From positions 290,259-354,258 of the forward strand of contig JAQGDQ010000216.1 in the NCBI GenBank assembly GCA_030141605.1: DNA of 64,000 nucleotides, in the 5' to 3' direction. The position numbers were made by a program, and so were the translations under genes. Positions 52,823 to 62,779 of this stretch are shown here, piece by piece. The notes beneath the pieces were generated by a model that ran no database searches, was not told the origin of the DNA, and saw only the letters and a list, made by a program, of their open reading frames with translations. Every line of letters starts with the position of its first letter. Positions within the stretch are counted from its first letter, which is position 1. The DNA comes from Tubiluchus corallicola. Lineage: Eukaryota; Animalia; Priapulida.

Positions 52823-55591
52823 TTAGTGAGCATCAAGCCAATTTTTAGCTGCATGTATTTCAACAGTGAGAGGTATCTGTATCTGTACAGCATTTTCCAT
52901 TTCAAATTTTACAATTTCCATCAATTCTTCCAGTTCGGGCTTATAGGCATCAAAGTTCAATTCATCGTGCACTTGCAGGATCATTTTTGATTTCATCCCT
53001 TTTTCCTCCATTTTGCGATGTATGTTTATCATTGCGATTTTTATAATATCTGCTGCAGATCCTTGTATAGGCGCATTGACGGCATTTCGCTCGGCTATTT
53101 TTCTTACCATAGTGTTAGCTGAGTTTATATCGTTGAGGTATCGTTTTCTTCCCATCATAGTTTTTACAAATCCGTCTTTGCGTGCTTGTTCTATCTGTTT
53201 GTCAATAAATTCTCTTACCATACCAAAGCTGCTAAAGTACCCATCTATCAGCTCTTTGGATTCGGCCCGGGGAATGTTAAGCCTTTGAGATAGTCCGAAT
53301 GCAGAGATGCCGTATATAATTCCGAAGTTGGCGGTTTTGGCTTTTCTCCTCATTTCCGGTGTTACTCTGTCCATGTCTACACCAAATATCTTAGATGCTG
53401 TTGTTAGGTGTATGTCTTCACGTTTTCTGAATGCTTCGGCCATTTCATTATCTTGCGACATTGCTGCCATGATGCGAAGCTCTATTTGGGAGTAGTCGGC
53501 TGAGAGGTATATGTGTTCTTTGTCTGACGGGATAAATGCTCTTCTTATCTCTTTGCCACTTTCATCCCTGATGGGTATGTTTTGCATGTTTGGGTTTTTC
53601 GAGCTAAGCCTACCCGTTGCCACTACGGTTTGATTAAAGGAGGTGTGTATTTTACCTGTCACTGGGTTTACCAACCTGGGAAGGGCTTCCACGTAGGTAG
53701 ACAGCAGTTTTTTTATCCCCCTGTATTCTAATATTTTCTGAACGATAGAGTGTTTGTTTTGTAACTGTACCAATACCTCTTCACTGGTAGAGTATTGTTT
53801 TGTTTTTGTCTTTTTTGCTTTAGGATTGAGTTTTAACTTGTCAAAAAGGATTGTTCCCAGCTGTTTTGGCGAAGATATATTAAACTCTTCTCCAGCCAGT
53901 TCTGTTATTTCCTTTTCAAGGCCTATTGCTACATTTCTTAGATGTTCTGCATATGTCAACAACGCATTTTTATCTATTTTTACGCCCGATAGTTCCATTG
54001 AAACCAGTATTTTTACTAGTGGCATCTCTATTTCATGGAACAGCTTAGTCACACCGGTGCTCTCCATCTCTTTTAGAAGGATTGGTTTCAATCTTCGGGT
54101 TATATCAGCGTCTTCACAGGCGTATTCAAGTAGTTTTTCGGGGGGTACTTGCCTCATTGAGCGCTGATTTTTTCCACGCTCCCCAATTAGGGACTCAATA
54201 GGTATTTTAATGTATCCTAAGTATATTTTGCTAAGGTAGTCAAGGTTGTGTCGTAGTTCAGGCTGTATAAGGTAGTGAGCGATCATGGTGTCGAAGTAAG
54301 GTTCTTTTACTTCAGCACCATAGCGAGTCAGTATTAGTATGTCGTATTTAATGTTTTGTCCTATTTTCAAAATATTTTCATCTTCAAAGACCGAAGCAAA
54401 CTCCTGTATAATAGCTTTAGCTGGTTCTGGATCAGGCGGCAGAGGTACAAAGTAGGCTTCCGTGTCACGAAAAGAGAAGGATATTCCTATTGGTTCAGCT
54501 GTGTGAGGGTCCAGTCCGGTGGTTTCGACATCAAAACAGAACTCTTTTTCTGCCTTAAGTCTGGAGTGGAGTTCTGATCTTTTCTTCTCCGAATCGACCA
54601 GTACATAGTTATGGTTTGCAGAGGTTAGTTTTTCGTTTTGCTTTTCTACTTTATGAGGTGGTGTCACTGGTTGTGACATGTTTGCAAATAGTGTACCTTC
54701 TCCAAATGCTATTTGTTGTGTAGCTCCATTGCCATACTGGGCGGCAAGTTTTGTGAATCCCAGATCATCAAATAGGTTGTGCAGCTTTTCTCTGTTGGGA
54801 TCCACTTTGCTCATTTGTTCGGGTTTTATATCGAGCGGTACGTCCAGAACTATTGTTGCAAGTTTTTTGGATAGCCTCACCTGCTCTTCATTTTCTTGTA
54901 AGCGCTCTTTTTGTTTCCCTTTCAGCTTACCTGTGTTTTGATAGATGTTATCTATGTTTTCAAACTGTTCGATTAACTGCATTGCTGTTTTTGGTCCTAC
55001 TCCCGGGCATCCGGGTATATTATCAGCAGTATCGCCCATAAGCGCTAAGATATCTATTACCTGTGTGGGGTTAGATACCCGGAAGTTATCCATTACTTGC
55101 TCTACTCCCCAGATCTCCACATCATTCCCCATGCGCTTGGGTTTATACATAAATATGTTTTCGGATACTAGCTGGGCGTAGTCTTTGTCAGGGGTTATCA
55201 TGTAGACTTCAAAGTCTTCTTTGCAGGCCTGTTTTGCTATGGTTCCGATAACATCATCCGCCTCATATCCCTTTTTTTCAATTATTGGAATATTGTAGGC
55301 CTCTATGATTTTTCGTATGTAGGGTATAGAGTTTCTAATATCTTCGGGCATCTCTTCACGTTGTGCCTTGTATTTTTTAAATATTTTGTGCCTGAATGTA
55401 GGTTCTGACATGTCAAAGGCTACCGCTATATGAGAGGGTTCTTCTTTTTTCAAAAGCTGCTCCAAAGTATTTGTAAAGCCGAATATTGCGGAGGTATTAA
55501 TGCCCTTGGGGCTATATCGCGGGTTTTTTATGAAGGCGAAGTACGCCCTGTATATAAGTGCGTATGCATCAAGAAGAAATAGCTTTTTCAT
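52823..55591 (-). CDS. polA: DNA polymerase I
   Basis: 5'-3' exonuclease (LLDAYALIYRAYFA, YEADDVIG, GDTADNIPG), 3'-5' exonuclease (FDVETTG), polymerase motifs ADYSQIELR, KTANFGIIYG, QVHDEL. Confidence 0.99.
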   Translation of the reverse strand: MKKLFLLDAYALIYRAYFAFIKNPRYSPKGINTSAIFGFTNTLEQLLKKEEPSHIAVAFDMSEPTFRHKIFKKYKAQREEMPEDIRNSIPYIRKIIEAYNIPIIEKKGYEADDVIGTIAKQACKEDFEVYMITPDKDYAQLVSENIFMYKPKRMGNDVEIWGVEQVMDNFRVSNPTQVIDILALMGDTADNIPGCPGVGPKTAMQLIEQFENIDNIYQNTGKLKGKQKERLQENEEQVRLSKKLATIVLDVPLDIKPEQMSKVDPNREKLHNLFDDLGFTKLAAQYGNGATQQIAFGEGTLFANMSQPVTPPHKVEKQNEKLTSANHNYVLVDSEKKRSELHSRLKAEKEFCFDVETTGLDPHTAEPIGISFSFRDTEAYFVPLPPDPEPAKAIIQEFASVFEDENILKIGQNIKYDILILTRYGAEVKEPYFDTMIAHYLIQPELRHNLDYLSKIYLGYIKIPIESLIGERGKNQRSMRQVPPEKLLEYACEDADITRRLKPILLKEMESTGVTKLFHEIEMPLVKILVSMELSGVKIDKNALLTYAEHLRNVAIGLEKEITELAGEEFNISSPKQLGTILFDKLKLNPKAKKTKTKQYSTSEEVLVQLQNKHSIVQKILEYRGIKKLLSTYVEALPRLVNPVTGKIHTSFNQTVVATGRLSSKNPNMQNIPIRDESGKEIRRAFIPSDKEHIYLSADYSQIELRIMAAMSQDNEMAEAFRKREDIHLTTASKIFGVDMDRVTPEMRRKAKTANFGIIYGISAFGLSQRLNIPRAESKELIDGYFSSFGMVREFIDKQIEQARKDGFVKTMMGRKRYLNDINSANTMVRKIAERNAVNAPIQGSAADIIKIAMINIHRKMEEKGMKSKMILQVHDELNFDAYKPELEELMEIVKFEMENAVQIQIPLTVEIHAAKNWLDAH

Positions 55592-55655
55592 TATAAAGTA
55601 CAGCCTGTTTTGCTGTTTTTGAAAGGGTAAATTGTTATGTTACATCAAGCTCACA

Positions 55656-55663
55656 CAAAGATA
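55656..55663 (-). promoter_or_regulatory. -7 box (TATCTTTG) for polA; TTTG 18 bp upstream lies in a MITE-like end
   Basis: Plus strand CAAAGATA (55656-55663) and CAAAA at 55682. Confidence 0.6.
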
Positions 55664-55671
55664 TAAATACT

Positions 55672-55742
55672 GGTATTTTTGCAAAACTTATCTTTTTACT
55701 AAACTAATGTTATTCGTCAAAATCCTCATTTAGGTCACTACT
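55672..55742 (+). repeat. Partial MITE-like repeat, copy J
   Basis: TTTGCAAAACTTATCTTTTTAC...CGTCAAAATCCTCA matches the reverse complement of copy K (TTGCAAAACTCATCTCTTTTAC..CGTCAAAAATACTCA). Confidence 0.55.
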
Positions 55743-56287
55743 GAAAGAGGTCAAAGGTGTTTTTCAACGTTGCCCGGTTTAATATGCCTGGGATGGGGCT
55801 CTTATTTTTAAAGAGTAATAGAGTCAGGGTTTTAGTAATTGATCCCCATTCAGGTTATTTAGTGATAGGTATGATCTTTTTCCTAATGTTTCTCGTAGGA
55901 TGGAGCGTGCATAATGAAAGTTTTATCTATATTTTAGTGTGAGCATTTGTTGCAAGCAGTTTCTACATGAGTAAGAGCATGAGTGGTAACTATCGATGTA
56001 GAGCTCAGTTTTGAGCTGCTTGGAGTGTTATGGTTTTATTCTTACTTATAATTATTTAGCAAGGACATGTCAATACACTGTTGAGTGGATATACCGGGGA
56101 TAGCTTTTGCATATGTAATACTTAATGCTAATTAGGGGTCTTTTTCACACTGAATTGCCTTGTTTGATTGCACAGTTTTTAATAGTTTCAAAATTTTGCT
56201 TAAGTTCGTTCTGACAGGTTTTCTGTTTTTATTTATGGTTTTAAGAGTCATATAAAAATATAGTAGTATATAACTCATCTTATTATT

Positions 56288-57460
56288 GTGCCGATATTTA
56301 AGTTAGCACTTAGAAACCTTTTAGGGGCGGGGCTCAGAGTATGGCTCAACGCTTTTGTTCTCTCTTTGTCATATGTTTTGATTATATGGCATCAGGGTAT
56401 TATAGATGGCTGGGATATGCAGGCTAAGCGTGATATGATTGCGTGGGAGGTTGGCGGAGGTCAGTTTTGGCATCCCGATTACGATCCTTATGATCCATTT
56501 ACACTTGAAAGCTGTCATGCGCCTATTCCGGAAGAGTTACAGCAGGTGGTGGATAGCGGAGCTGTTGTGCCTATTGTTATTTCACAAGGCACATTATATC
56601 CTGCGGGTAGGATGCAGTCGGTAATATTAAAGGGTATTCCTCCGGAGCAGACCGTTTTGGAGCTTCCGACTTCAGTTCTGAAGGGTGGTGGTTTTTTAGC
56701 TTCAGCGCTGATAGGCAAGAGGATGGCTAAAAGCTGTGAGCTTGATAAGGGAGATATAGTTCTTGTTAGGTGGCGTGACTCTAATGGCACATTTGATGCG
56801 ACTGAGATAGTGATTGCAGATGTGTTTGACACCAATGTTCCTGCTGTAGATATGGGTGTTGTGTGGCTCTCTTTGGAAGGGTTGCAAGGCATGCTGCAGC
56901 TGCCTGGTGAAGCTACCATGCTTGTAGTGTCTTCCGAATATCGGGAGTTGTCGGATATGGGAGGTTGGAGTTATAAGTCGGTGGATGAGCTTACTGTTGA
57001 TCTTACCCGGGTTATAAAATCGAAGTCGATTGGCGGTTCGGTGCTTTATGTGGTTCTTATGGCGTTAGCTATGCTTGCTGTGTTTGACACACAGGTTTTA
57101 TCGGTCTTCAGGCGGCAGAAAGAGATTGGGCTGTTCATGGCTTTAGGAATGACCCGGCGAGGTGTTGTGTGGCTTTTTACTCTTGAGGGAGCTATGAACT
57201 CTTTGTTTGCGCTATTTATGGCTGCAGTTTACGGATTACCACTGTTCTATTACACTTCTGCAAAAGGCTATTCAATGCCTGCTGGTAGTGATGAGTATGG
57301 CTTGGCTATTGCGGAAATTATATATCCCGAGTATGGTTTGGGTCTAGTGCTGGGTACTATTGCTTTTATAGTGATAGCAACAACAGTTGTAAGCTATCTG
57401 CCATCCGGGAAGATATCGAACATGAACCCGACTGATGCAATAAGAGGAAGGCTACAATGA
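56288..57460 (+). CDS. FtsX/MacB/LolE-like ABC transporter permease
   Basis: KLALRNL N-terminus, TM1, periplasmic domain, RRQKEIGLFMALG, C-terminal MNPTDAIR. Confidence 0.88.
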   Translation: MPIFKLALRNLLGAGLRVWLNAFVLSLSYVLIIWHQGIIDGWDMQAKRDMIAWEVGGGQFWHPDYDPYDPFTLESCHAPIPEELQQVVDSGAVVPIVISQGTLYPAGRMQSVILKGIPPEQTVLELPTSVLKGGGFLASALIGKRMAKSCELDKGDIVLVRWRDSNGTFDATEIVIADVFDTNVPAVDMGVVWLSLEGLQGMLQLPGEATMLVVSSEYRELSDMGGWSYKSVDELTVDLTRVIKSKSIGGSVLYVVLMALAMLAVFDTQVLSVFRRQKEIGLFMALGMTRRGVVWLFTLEGAMNSLFALFMAAVYGLPLFYYTSAKGYSMPAGSDEYGLAIAEIIYPEYGLGLVLGTIAFIVIATTVVSYLPSGKISNMNPTDAIRGRLQ

Positions 57461-58734
57461 TACTATTTTTGTATAGAGGATTGTTCCGGGATAAGCAGCG
57501 CAGTAAGTTGCCTGTGATAATTGTTAGCCTGGGAGTTATGCTGACCGTTCTTCTGTCGTGTTGGGTTGAGGGTGTGGTGAGCAACGGTATAGATATGAAT
57601 GCGCGTTTTAGCACTGGGCATGTTAAAGTGATGTCCGGGCCATATGCCGATCATGAAGAGCAGGTACCTAATGATCTTGCACTGATGGATGTTTCCGGGT
57701 TGGTAGATGAGTTGAAGGAGATCTATCCTGATATGCACTGGGTGGAGCGGATCCGCCTTGGCGGGTTGCTGGATGTTCCTGATGAGCTAGGGGAGACAAA
57801 GTCACAAGGCCCGGTTAGCGGTATTGCTATAGATCTTTTTAATGATAATCAGGGGGAGCTTGAGCGCCTGAACATATCCCGTTCGCTTGTGAAAGGTGGG
57901 CGTATACCTGAGTTGCCGGGAGAGGTTCTTTTAAGTGATAGTTTTGCTGTGAAGATGGGGGTATCTCCCGGTGATAATATAACAATAATAAGCTCTACTA
58001 TGCATGGTGGTATGGCGTTTTATAATTTGACGCTAGTCGGAACTGTGAATTTTGGTTCTGCTTACCTTGACAGGGGTACCATAATAGTTGATATTTCTGA
58101 TGCAAGGCTTATACTTGACATGCATGATGCAGCGGGTGAGATACTGGGGTACTTTGATGATGGTTATTATAATGATAAGCTTGCCGTAGCTATTTCCAGT
58201 ACTTTTAACAAGAGGCATGCAGGGTCTGATGATGAGTTTGCTCCGGTTATGGTTGCGCTAAGTGGTAGGCAGTATTTGGGGCAGATGCTTTCAATGGCAA
58301 AAAATATGGGAGCTATTGTTTCTACCGTGTTTATTGTAATAATGTCAATAGTCCTTTGGAATGCTGGGATTCTTGGGGGATTGCGCCGCTATGGTGAGTT
58401 TGGGCTTCGGCTGGCTGTAGGCGAGGGTAGAGGGCATATTTATGGATCCCTGGTTGGGGAGTCTGTTATTGTAGGTGTTACAGGCTCTATTTTGGGTACG
58501 TTTGCAGGTTTGTTATTGGCTTGGTGGCTACAGAGCTACGGGATTGATTTTTCCAAAGTAATGAAGAATGTAAGTATGATGATACCGACGGTTTACAGGG
58601 CACGCATAACCCCGGAGGCTTTTTATATAGGGCTTGTGCCGGGCATGCTTTCAACCGTAATGGGGGCAATGCTTTCCGGGATAGGGATATACAGGCGCGG
58701 GACGGCAGGTTTGTTTAAAGAGCTTGAGAATTAA
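57457..58734 (+). CDS. FtsX/MacB/LolE-like ABC transporter permease (second subunit)
   Basis: RGLFRDKQRS, TGHVKV, RRYGEFGLRLAVG; overlaps the previous gene (ATGA). Confidence 0.88.
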   Translation: MILFLYRGLFRDKQRSKLPVIIVSLGVMLTVLLSCWVEGVVSNGIDMNARFSTGHVKVMSGPYADHEEQVPNDLALMDVSGLVDELKEIYPDMHWVERIRLGGLLDVPDELGETKSQGPVSGIAIDLFNDNQGELERLNISRSLVKGGRIPELPGEVLLSDSFAVKMGVSPGDNITIISSTMHGGMAFYNLTLVGTVNFGSAYLDRGTIIVDISDARLILDMHDAAGEILGYFDDGYYNDKLAVAISSTFNKRHAGSDDEFAPVMVALSGRQYLGQMLSMAKNMGAIVSTVFIVIMSIVLWNAGILGGLRRYGEFGLRLAVGEGRGHIYGSLVGESVIVGVTGSILGTFAGLLLAWWLQSYGIDFSKVMKNVSMMIPTVYRARITPEAFYIGLVPGMLSTVMGAMLSGIGIYRRGTAGLFKELEN

Positions 58735-58739
58735 GCTAT

Positions 58740-58865
58740 GAGGCTGTTTTTTGTAGTGTAAAGTGTGGTTCAGTCTGAAGGGTAACAGTGTAAGAGTCGC
58801 AATTTACAGAGGCAAGTGAGTATTTTTGACGGAAGTGTAAAAGAGATGAGTTTTGCAAGGTCGAG
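58740..58865 (-). repeat. Dispersed MITE-like repeat, copy K
   Basis: Reverse complement GACCTTGCAAAACTCATCT...GTAAATTGCGACTC...ACAGCCTC aligns with copy I. Confidence 0.65.
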
Positions 58866-58902
58866 GTCAGGTGTATAGGTAGTGTAAAAGTTAAGAGCAG
58901 AT

Positions 58903-59640
58903 ATGGTAAGAAAATTGATAGTGGTTTTTATGATGTTGCCTCTTTTTGCTTTGGGCGGGTATCCTGAAGGGAAAGATGTTTTGGCGCGTATTGATAAAAA
59001 TATGACTTCGACGAATAGCGTTATTGTGGCAAAAATGATTGTCCATGGAAGGCGTTTAAGTCGTACTATGGAGTTTAAAACCTGGTCGGAAGGGGAGGAT
59101 AATGGGTTTACCGAGTATTTTTCTCCCGCAAGGGAGAAGGGCACAAAGATGCTTAAGCAGGGAGATAGGTTGTGGATTTACTCTCCTTCGACGGACCGTA
59201 TTATTCAAATATCAGGTCATATGTTGCGTCAGTCTGTTATGGGTTCTGACTTGTCGTATGAAGATATGATGGAAGAGCAGGAGTTGGCACTTCATTATGA
59301 TGCTGTTGTTGTTGGAGAGGAGCAGATAGAGGGGAGGGACTGTCTGATAGTTAACCTTACTGCCAAGAGGGAAGGCGTTGCATATTACAAGCGTAAGTTG
59401 TGGGTAGATAGTGAGCGGTTTGTGCCGGTGAAAGAGGAGCTTTTTGCTAAAAGTGGTAAGCTTTTAAAGAGAACAGAGATGTTTGATATTACCAATATTG
59501 ATGGGAGATGGTATCCTAAAAGACTTATTTTTAAGGATATGCTAAAGCAGGGAAAGGGGACAGAGTTTATTATTGATAAAATAGAGTTTAATGTTGATAT
59601 TCCTGGGTATATTTTTAACAAAGCTTCTTTAAAAAAGTAG
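58903..59640 (+). CDS. Outer-membrane lipoprotein-sorting protein (LolA-like)
   Basis: Signal peptide; SPAREKGTKML, LWIYSPS, MGSDLSYED, YYKRKLWVD, SGKLLK. Confidence 0.88.
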   Translation: MVRKLIVVFMMLPLFALGGYPEGKDVLARIDKNMTSTNSVIVAKMIVHGRRLSRTMEFKTWSEGEDNGFTEYFSPAREKGTKMLKQGDRLWIYSPSTDRIIQISGHMLRQSVMGSDLSYEDMMEEQELALHYDAVVVGEEQIEGRDCLIVNLTAKREGVAYYKRKLWVDSERFVPVKEELFAKSGKLLKRTEMFDITNIDGRWYPKRLIFKDMLKQGKGTEFIIDKIEFNVDIPGYIFNKASLKK

Positions 59641-59740
59641 GTGTTATGGTAAAAGTAGGTGTTATGGTAAAAGTAGGTGTTATGGTAAAAGTAGGTGTTA
59701 TGGTAAAAGTAGGTGTTATGGTAAAAGTAGGTGTTATGGT
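59633..59740. repeat. 18-bp perfect tandem repeat x6 (AAAAGTAGGTGTTATGGT)
   Basis: Units at 59633, 59651, 59669, 59687, 59705 and 59723; the first contains the stop codon of the LolA-like gene. Confidence 0.95.
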
Positions 59741-59794
59741 AATAGTGTAGTGCTTTTAACTTGCCTATAGATTTTCATTTTATTTAAATAGTGT

Positions 59795-59802
59795 TAGCTT
59801 TG
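59795..59802 (+). promoter_or_regulatory. -7 box (TAGCTTTG) for the zapB-like/zapA/rny operon
   Basis: TAnnTTTG immediately upstream of the 59814/59820 start. Confidence 0.55.
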
Positions 59803-59813
59803 TAAATAAATCT

Positions 59814-60110
59814 GTGATTATGACAGAACGAGAGCTTGCTTTATTGACTGAATTTAGGGAGAATATTAGGAGGCTGATTGGGTTGTGTGATCGGATAAAG
59901 ATGGAGAATAGCCGACTGATAGAAAAGAATGTGGGACTGCAGGAGCAGATAGATCTTCTTAGCCAAAAGGGGGCGGCTCTTGATAAAAAGAATGAGGAGA
60001 TGGAGTTTGCAAAGTCGTTGCTGGGACTTGAAGATCCTAGTAATGCCAAAGCTAAAATAAGTAAAATTGTACGGGAGATTGATAGTTGTATTGCCTTAAT
60101 GAGTGATTGA
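59814..60110 (+). CDS. ZapB-like coiled-coil protein
   Basis: Coiled coil ending AKAKISKIVREIDSCIAL; usual position before zapA in Bacteroidota. Confidence 0.75.
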   Translation: MIMTERELALLTEFRENIRRLIGLCDRIKMENSRLIEKNVGLQEQIDLLSQKGAALDKKNEEMEFAKSLLGLEDPSNAKAKISKIVREIDSCIALMSD

Positions 60111-60123
60111 GTAGTTTATAGAG

Positions 60124-60411
60124 ATGGAAGATAAACTTTTAGTAAAGATTATTATAGCTGATCGTTCCTACCCACTGCGTGTAAGTAGGGATGAAGAGGA
60201 GAAGATAAGGAAGGCTGCGAAAGTTATTAATGATAAGGTGTTGCAGTACAAGGAGCGTTACCCAAGTAAGAATAGCCAGGACTGTTTGGCTATGTGTGCA
60301 TTACATATTGTAATACAGAAGCTTGACGTTGATGTCAGAAACGATATATTGCCTTTGATGGAAGAGGTTGAAGAGATGAATGACCTGCTTGCGGGGTATC
60401 TTGAGGAATAG
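60124..60411 (+). CDS. zapA: Cell division protein ZapA
   Basis: IADRSYPL, EEEKIRKAAK, QDCLAMCAL. Confidence 0.92.
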   Translation: MEDKLLVKIIIADRSYPLRVSRDEEEKIRKAAKVINDKVLQYKERYPSKNSQDCLAMCALHIVIQKLDVDVRNDILPLMEEVEEMNDLLAGYLEE

Positions 60412-60448
60412 ATAGTCTGTAGCAGTATAACACCCGTAGGTGATATTT

Positions 60449-60520
60449 GCCCGCATTTTACTTTTTAAAGCGAGTTGTAAAAATACAGTGCTTTGAAGTG
60501 TTGAGATAGCGGGTTTTTTT
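60449..60520 (+). ncRNA. Candidate 6S-like RNA hairpin between zapA and rny (unusually short)
   Basis: Closing stem CCCGC/GCGGG plus U-tract, an internal bubble, and inner stems AAAGC/GCTTT and TGTA/TACA. The zapA neighbourhood is a known 6S RNA locus. Confidence 0.4.
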
Positions 60521-60554
60521 GTATGTAAAACATAAAATTAAATTAAAATTAGAT

Positions 60555-62108
60555 ATGTCAATAACAGGGTTTATAGTTGTTGCTTTTATAGTTGGAGTTC
60601 TTGCTTCCTATTTTATATGGAATTTTGCTTTAAGAAGGAAGAAGAGCAGGCTGTTGAATGAGGCGGAGGTTCATTCCGAGATGCTGAGAGAGAAGAGGAT
60701 TCTTCAGGCAAAAGAGAAGTTTATCCAGTTGAAAGCAAAGCATGAGAAGTATATAAATGAAAAGCGGGTAGGTGTTTCCGAGGCGGAGAACAGGTTGAAG
60801 CAGAAAGAGGCATCTTTTATCCAGCGCAGGGATGAGTTTCAGAAAAGGGTAAAAGATTTTGAGATTTCCAAAAAGGAGGTTGAGTCTGTACGTCAAAACT
60901 TTAATAACCAACTGAAGGCTGTTGAGTTAAAGAGAGAGGAGCTTGCCAAAATGCATAAGCGGCAGGTAGACCAGTTGGAGCAGATATCGGAGCTTTCTGC
61001 TGAAGAGGCTAAAAAGCAGCTTGTTGAGTCTTTAAAAGGGGAGGCTAAGAGTGAGGCTATGTCTTATGTTCAAGAGGTAATGGATGATGCCAAGATGACT
61101 GCGAACAAGGAGGCTAAGAAGGTTATAATCAAGTCCATACAGAGGGTGGCAACAGAGACGGCTATAGAGAATGCTGTTACTATTTTCCATATCGATAATG
61201 ATGAGATAAAGGGGCGAATTATAGGGCGTGAAGGGCGTAATATACGGGCTCTAGAAGCAGCTACAGGTGTAGAGATAGTGGTAGATGACACTCCTGAGGC
61301 TATAGTGCTGTCTGCCTTTGATCCAGTTCGCCGTGAGGTTGCACGTCTTGCGTTGCACAGGCTTGTAACAGATGGGAGGATCCACCCTGCCCGTATCGAA
61401 GAGGTTGTGAATAAGATAAAGACCCAGATTGAGGAGGAGGTTGTAGAGGCGGGTAAAAGAACTTGTATTGATTTGGGTATACACGGTATGCATCCTGAGT
61501 TGATAAGGCTAACAGGCAAGATGAAGTATCGTTCGTCGTATGGACAAAACCTGCTTCAGCATTCGCGAGAGACAGCTAATTTGTGTGCAATAATGGCAGT
61601 GGAGCTTGGGCTGAACCCTAAGCGCGCAAAGCGGGCAGGCCTGCTTCATGATATAGGTAAGGTGCCTGATGATGAGCCGGAACTGCCTCACTCAATATTG
61701 GGTATGAATCTTGCGGAGAAGTATAAGGAGAAGCCGGATATTTGCAATGCCATTGGTTCTCATCATGATGAGGTTGAGATGACCAGTCTGCTTGCACCAA
61801 TAGTACAGGCTTGTGATGCTATATCTGGTGCCCGGCCGGGTGCCCGCCGGGAGGCTGTGGAGTCGTATATAAAGAGGTTAAAGGATCTTGAGGCGATGGC
61901 ACTATCTTATCCCGGTGTGGTGAAAACATATGCTATTCAGGCAGGGCGCGAGCTACGTGTGATCGTGGGAAGCGATAAGCTTACTGATAATGAGACGGAG
62001 CAGTTGTCGTACGATATAGCTAAAAAGATACAGGATGAGATGACTTATCCCGGGCAGGTAAAAGTTACCGTTATAAGGGAGACCCGTGCTGTGAATTATG
62101 CTAAATAG
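60555..62108 (+). CDS. rny: Ribonuclease Y (likely start MSITG at 60555)
   Basis: N-terminal TM, coiled coil, KH domain [15 protein letters not shown] domain [18 protein letters not shown]. Confidence 0.97.
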   Translation: MSITGFIVVAFIVGVLASYFIWNFALRRKKSRLLNEAEVHSEMLREKRILQAKEKFIQLKAKHEKYINEKRVGVSEAENRLKQKEASFIQRRDEFQKRVKDFEISKKEVESVRQNFNNQLKAVELKREELAKMHKRQVDQLEQISELSAEEAKKQLVESLKGEAKSEAMSYVQEVMDDAKMTANKEAKKVIIKSIQRVATETAIENAVTIFHIDNDEIKGRIIGREGRNIRALEAATGVEIVVDDTPEAIVLSAFDPVRREVARLALHRLVTDGRIHPARIEEVVNKIKTQIEEEVVEAGKRTCIDLGIHGMHPELIRLTGKMKYRSSYGQNLLQHSRETANLCAIMAVELGLNPKRAKRAGLLHDIGKVPDDEPELPHSILGMNLAEKYKEKPDICNAIGSHHDEVEMTSLLAPIVQACDAISGARPGARREAVESYIKRLKDLEAMALSYPGVVKTYAIQAGRELRVIVGSDKLTDNETEQLSYDIAKKIQDEMTYPGQVKVTVIRETRAVNYAK

Positions 62109-62221
62109 GTATAGCTATTTTTTGTTGAAGTATTTTTTAAATTCTAATTATATTTTGCACTTGTAAGAGTTGCGATATCAAGTATTATTCTTGCCACATA
62201 GTGATATAAAAAGTTAAAGAA

Positions 62222-62779
62222 ATGAGAAGGGCGTTATTGACATTTTTGATTCTATCGTGTTTTGCTGTTGGAGCCATATCACAAGAATCACAGGAAAAGA
62301 ATTTTACCGGTAGATTATCGGTGGGTGCTCAGTTGGGGCAGTATCAAAAGGATTTTGGGTTTGGGATGCATATAACAAGCCCATATTTTAAAGATTTAGT
62401 GGCTGTCAGAGCGAGAGGGAATTTTATGTGGAATGAGTACCTCAGATATACGGGAGACACTGGAGATACTTATATAGCGACCCAGGGGTCGTATTCAAAT
62501 GTGTCTATGGGTCTTCTTGCAGGCAGGAAGGTATCAGATTTTGCTCGCTTTTATGGAGAGGCTGGAGCTATTTTTCTGTTTCCGCCATGTGCGCTTTCGC
62601 CAGACAATTATAATGCCGGATTTTACGGACTGCTCGGTTTCGAATTTTTTATAAGTAAGCGATCCGGCTGTTTTATCGATATAGGTGGTGTTAAAGGAGC
62701 AAGAGCGACTGAAGTGATATATGACCCGTTTTATTCAAACGGATTACTGGTACATGCGGGATACAGGTTTTATTTATAA
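62222..62779 (+). CDS. Small outer-membrane beta-barrel protein, hypothetical
   Basis: Signal peptide, alternating aromatic strands, C-terminal GYRFYL. Confidence 0.65.
   Translation: MRRALLTFLILSCFAVGAISQESQEKNFTGRLSVGAQLGQYQKDFGFGMHITSPYFKDLVAVRARGNFMWNEYLRYTGDTGDTYIATQGSYSNVSMGLLAGRKVSDFARFYGEAGAIFLFPPCALSPDNYNAGFYGLLGFEFFISKRSGCFIDIGGVKGARATEVIYDPFYSNGLLVHAGYRFYL

Noticed and set aside
55757-55942. 61-aa hydrophobic ORF between polA and the permeases
   Set aside because: GTG start, no recognisable family, and hydrophobicity is expected from the T/G-rich strand; may be gene debris.
59633-59740. 18-bp repeats as CRISPR repeats or plasmid iterons
   Set aside because: Head-to-tail with no spacers; no rep gene or origin features nearby.
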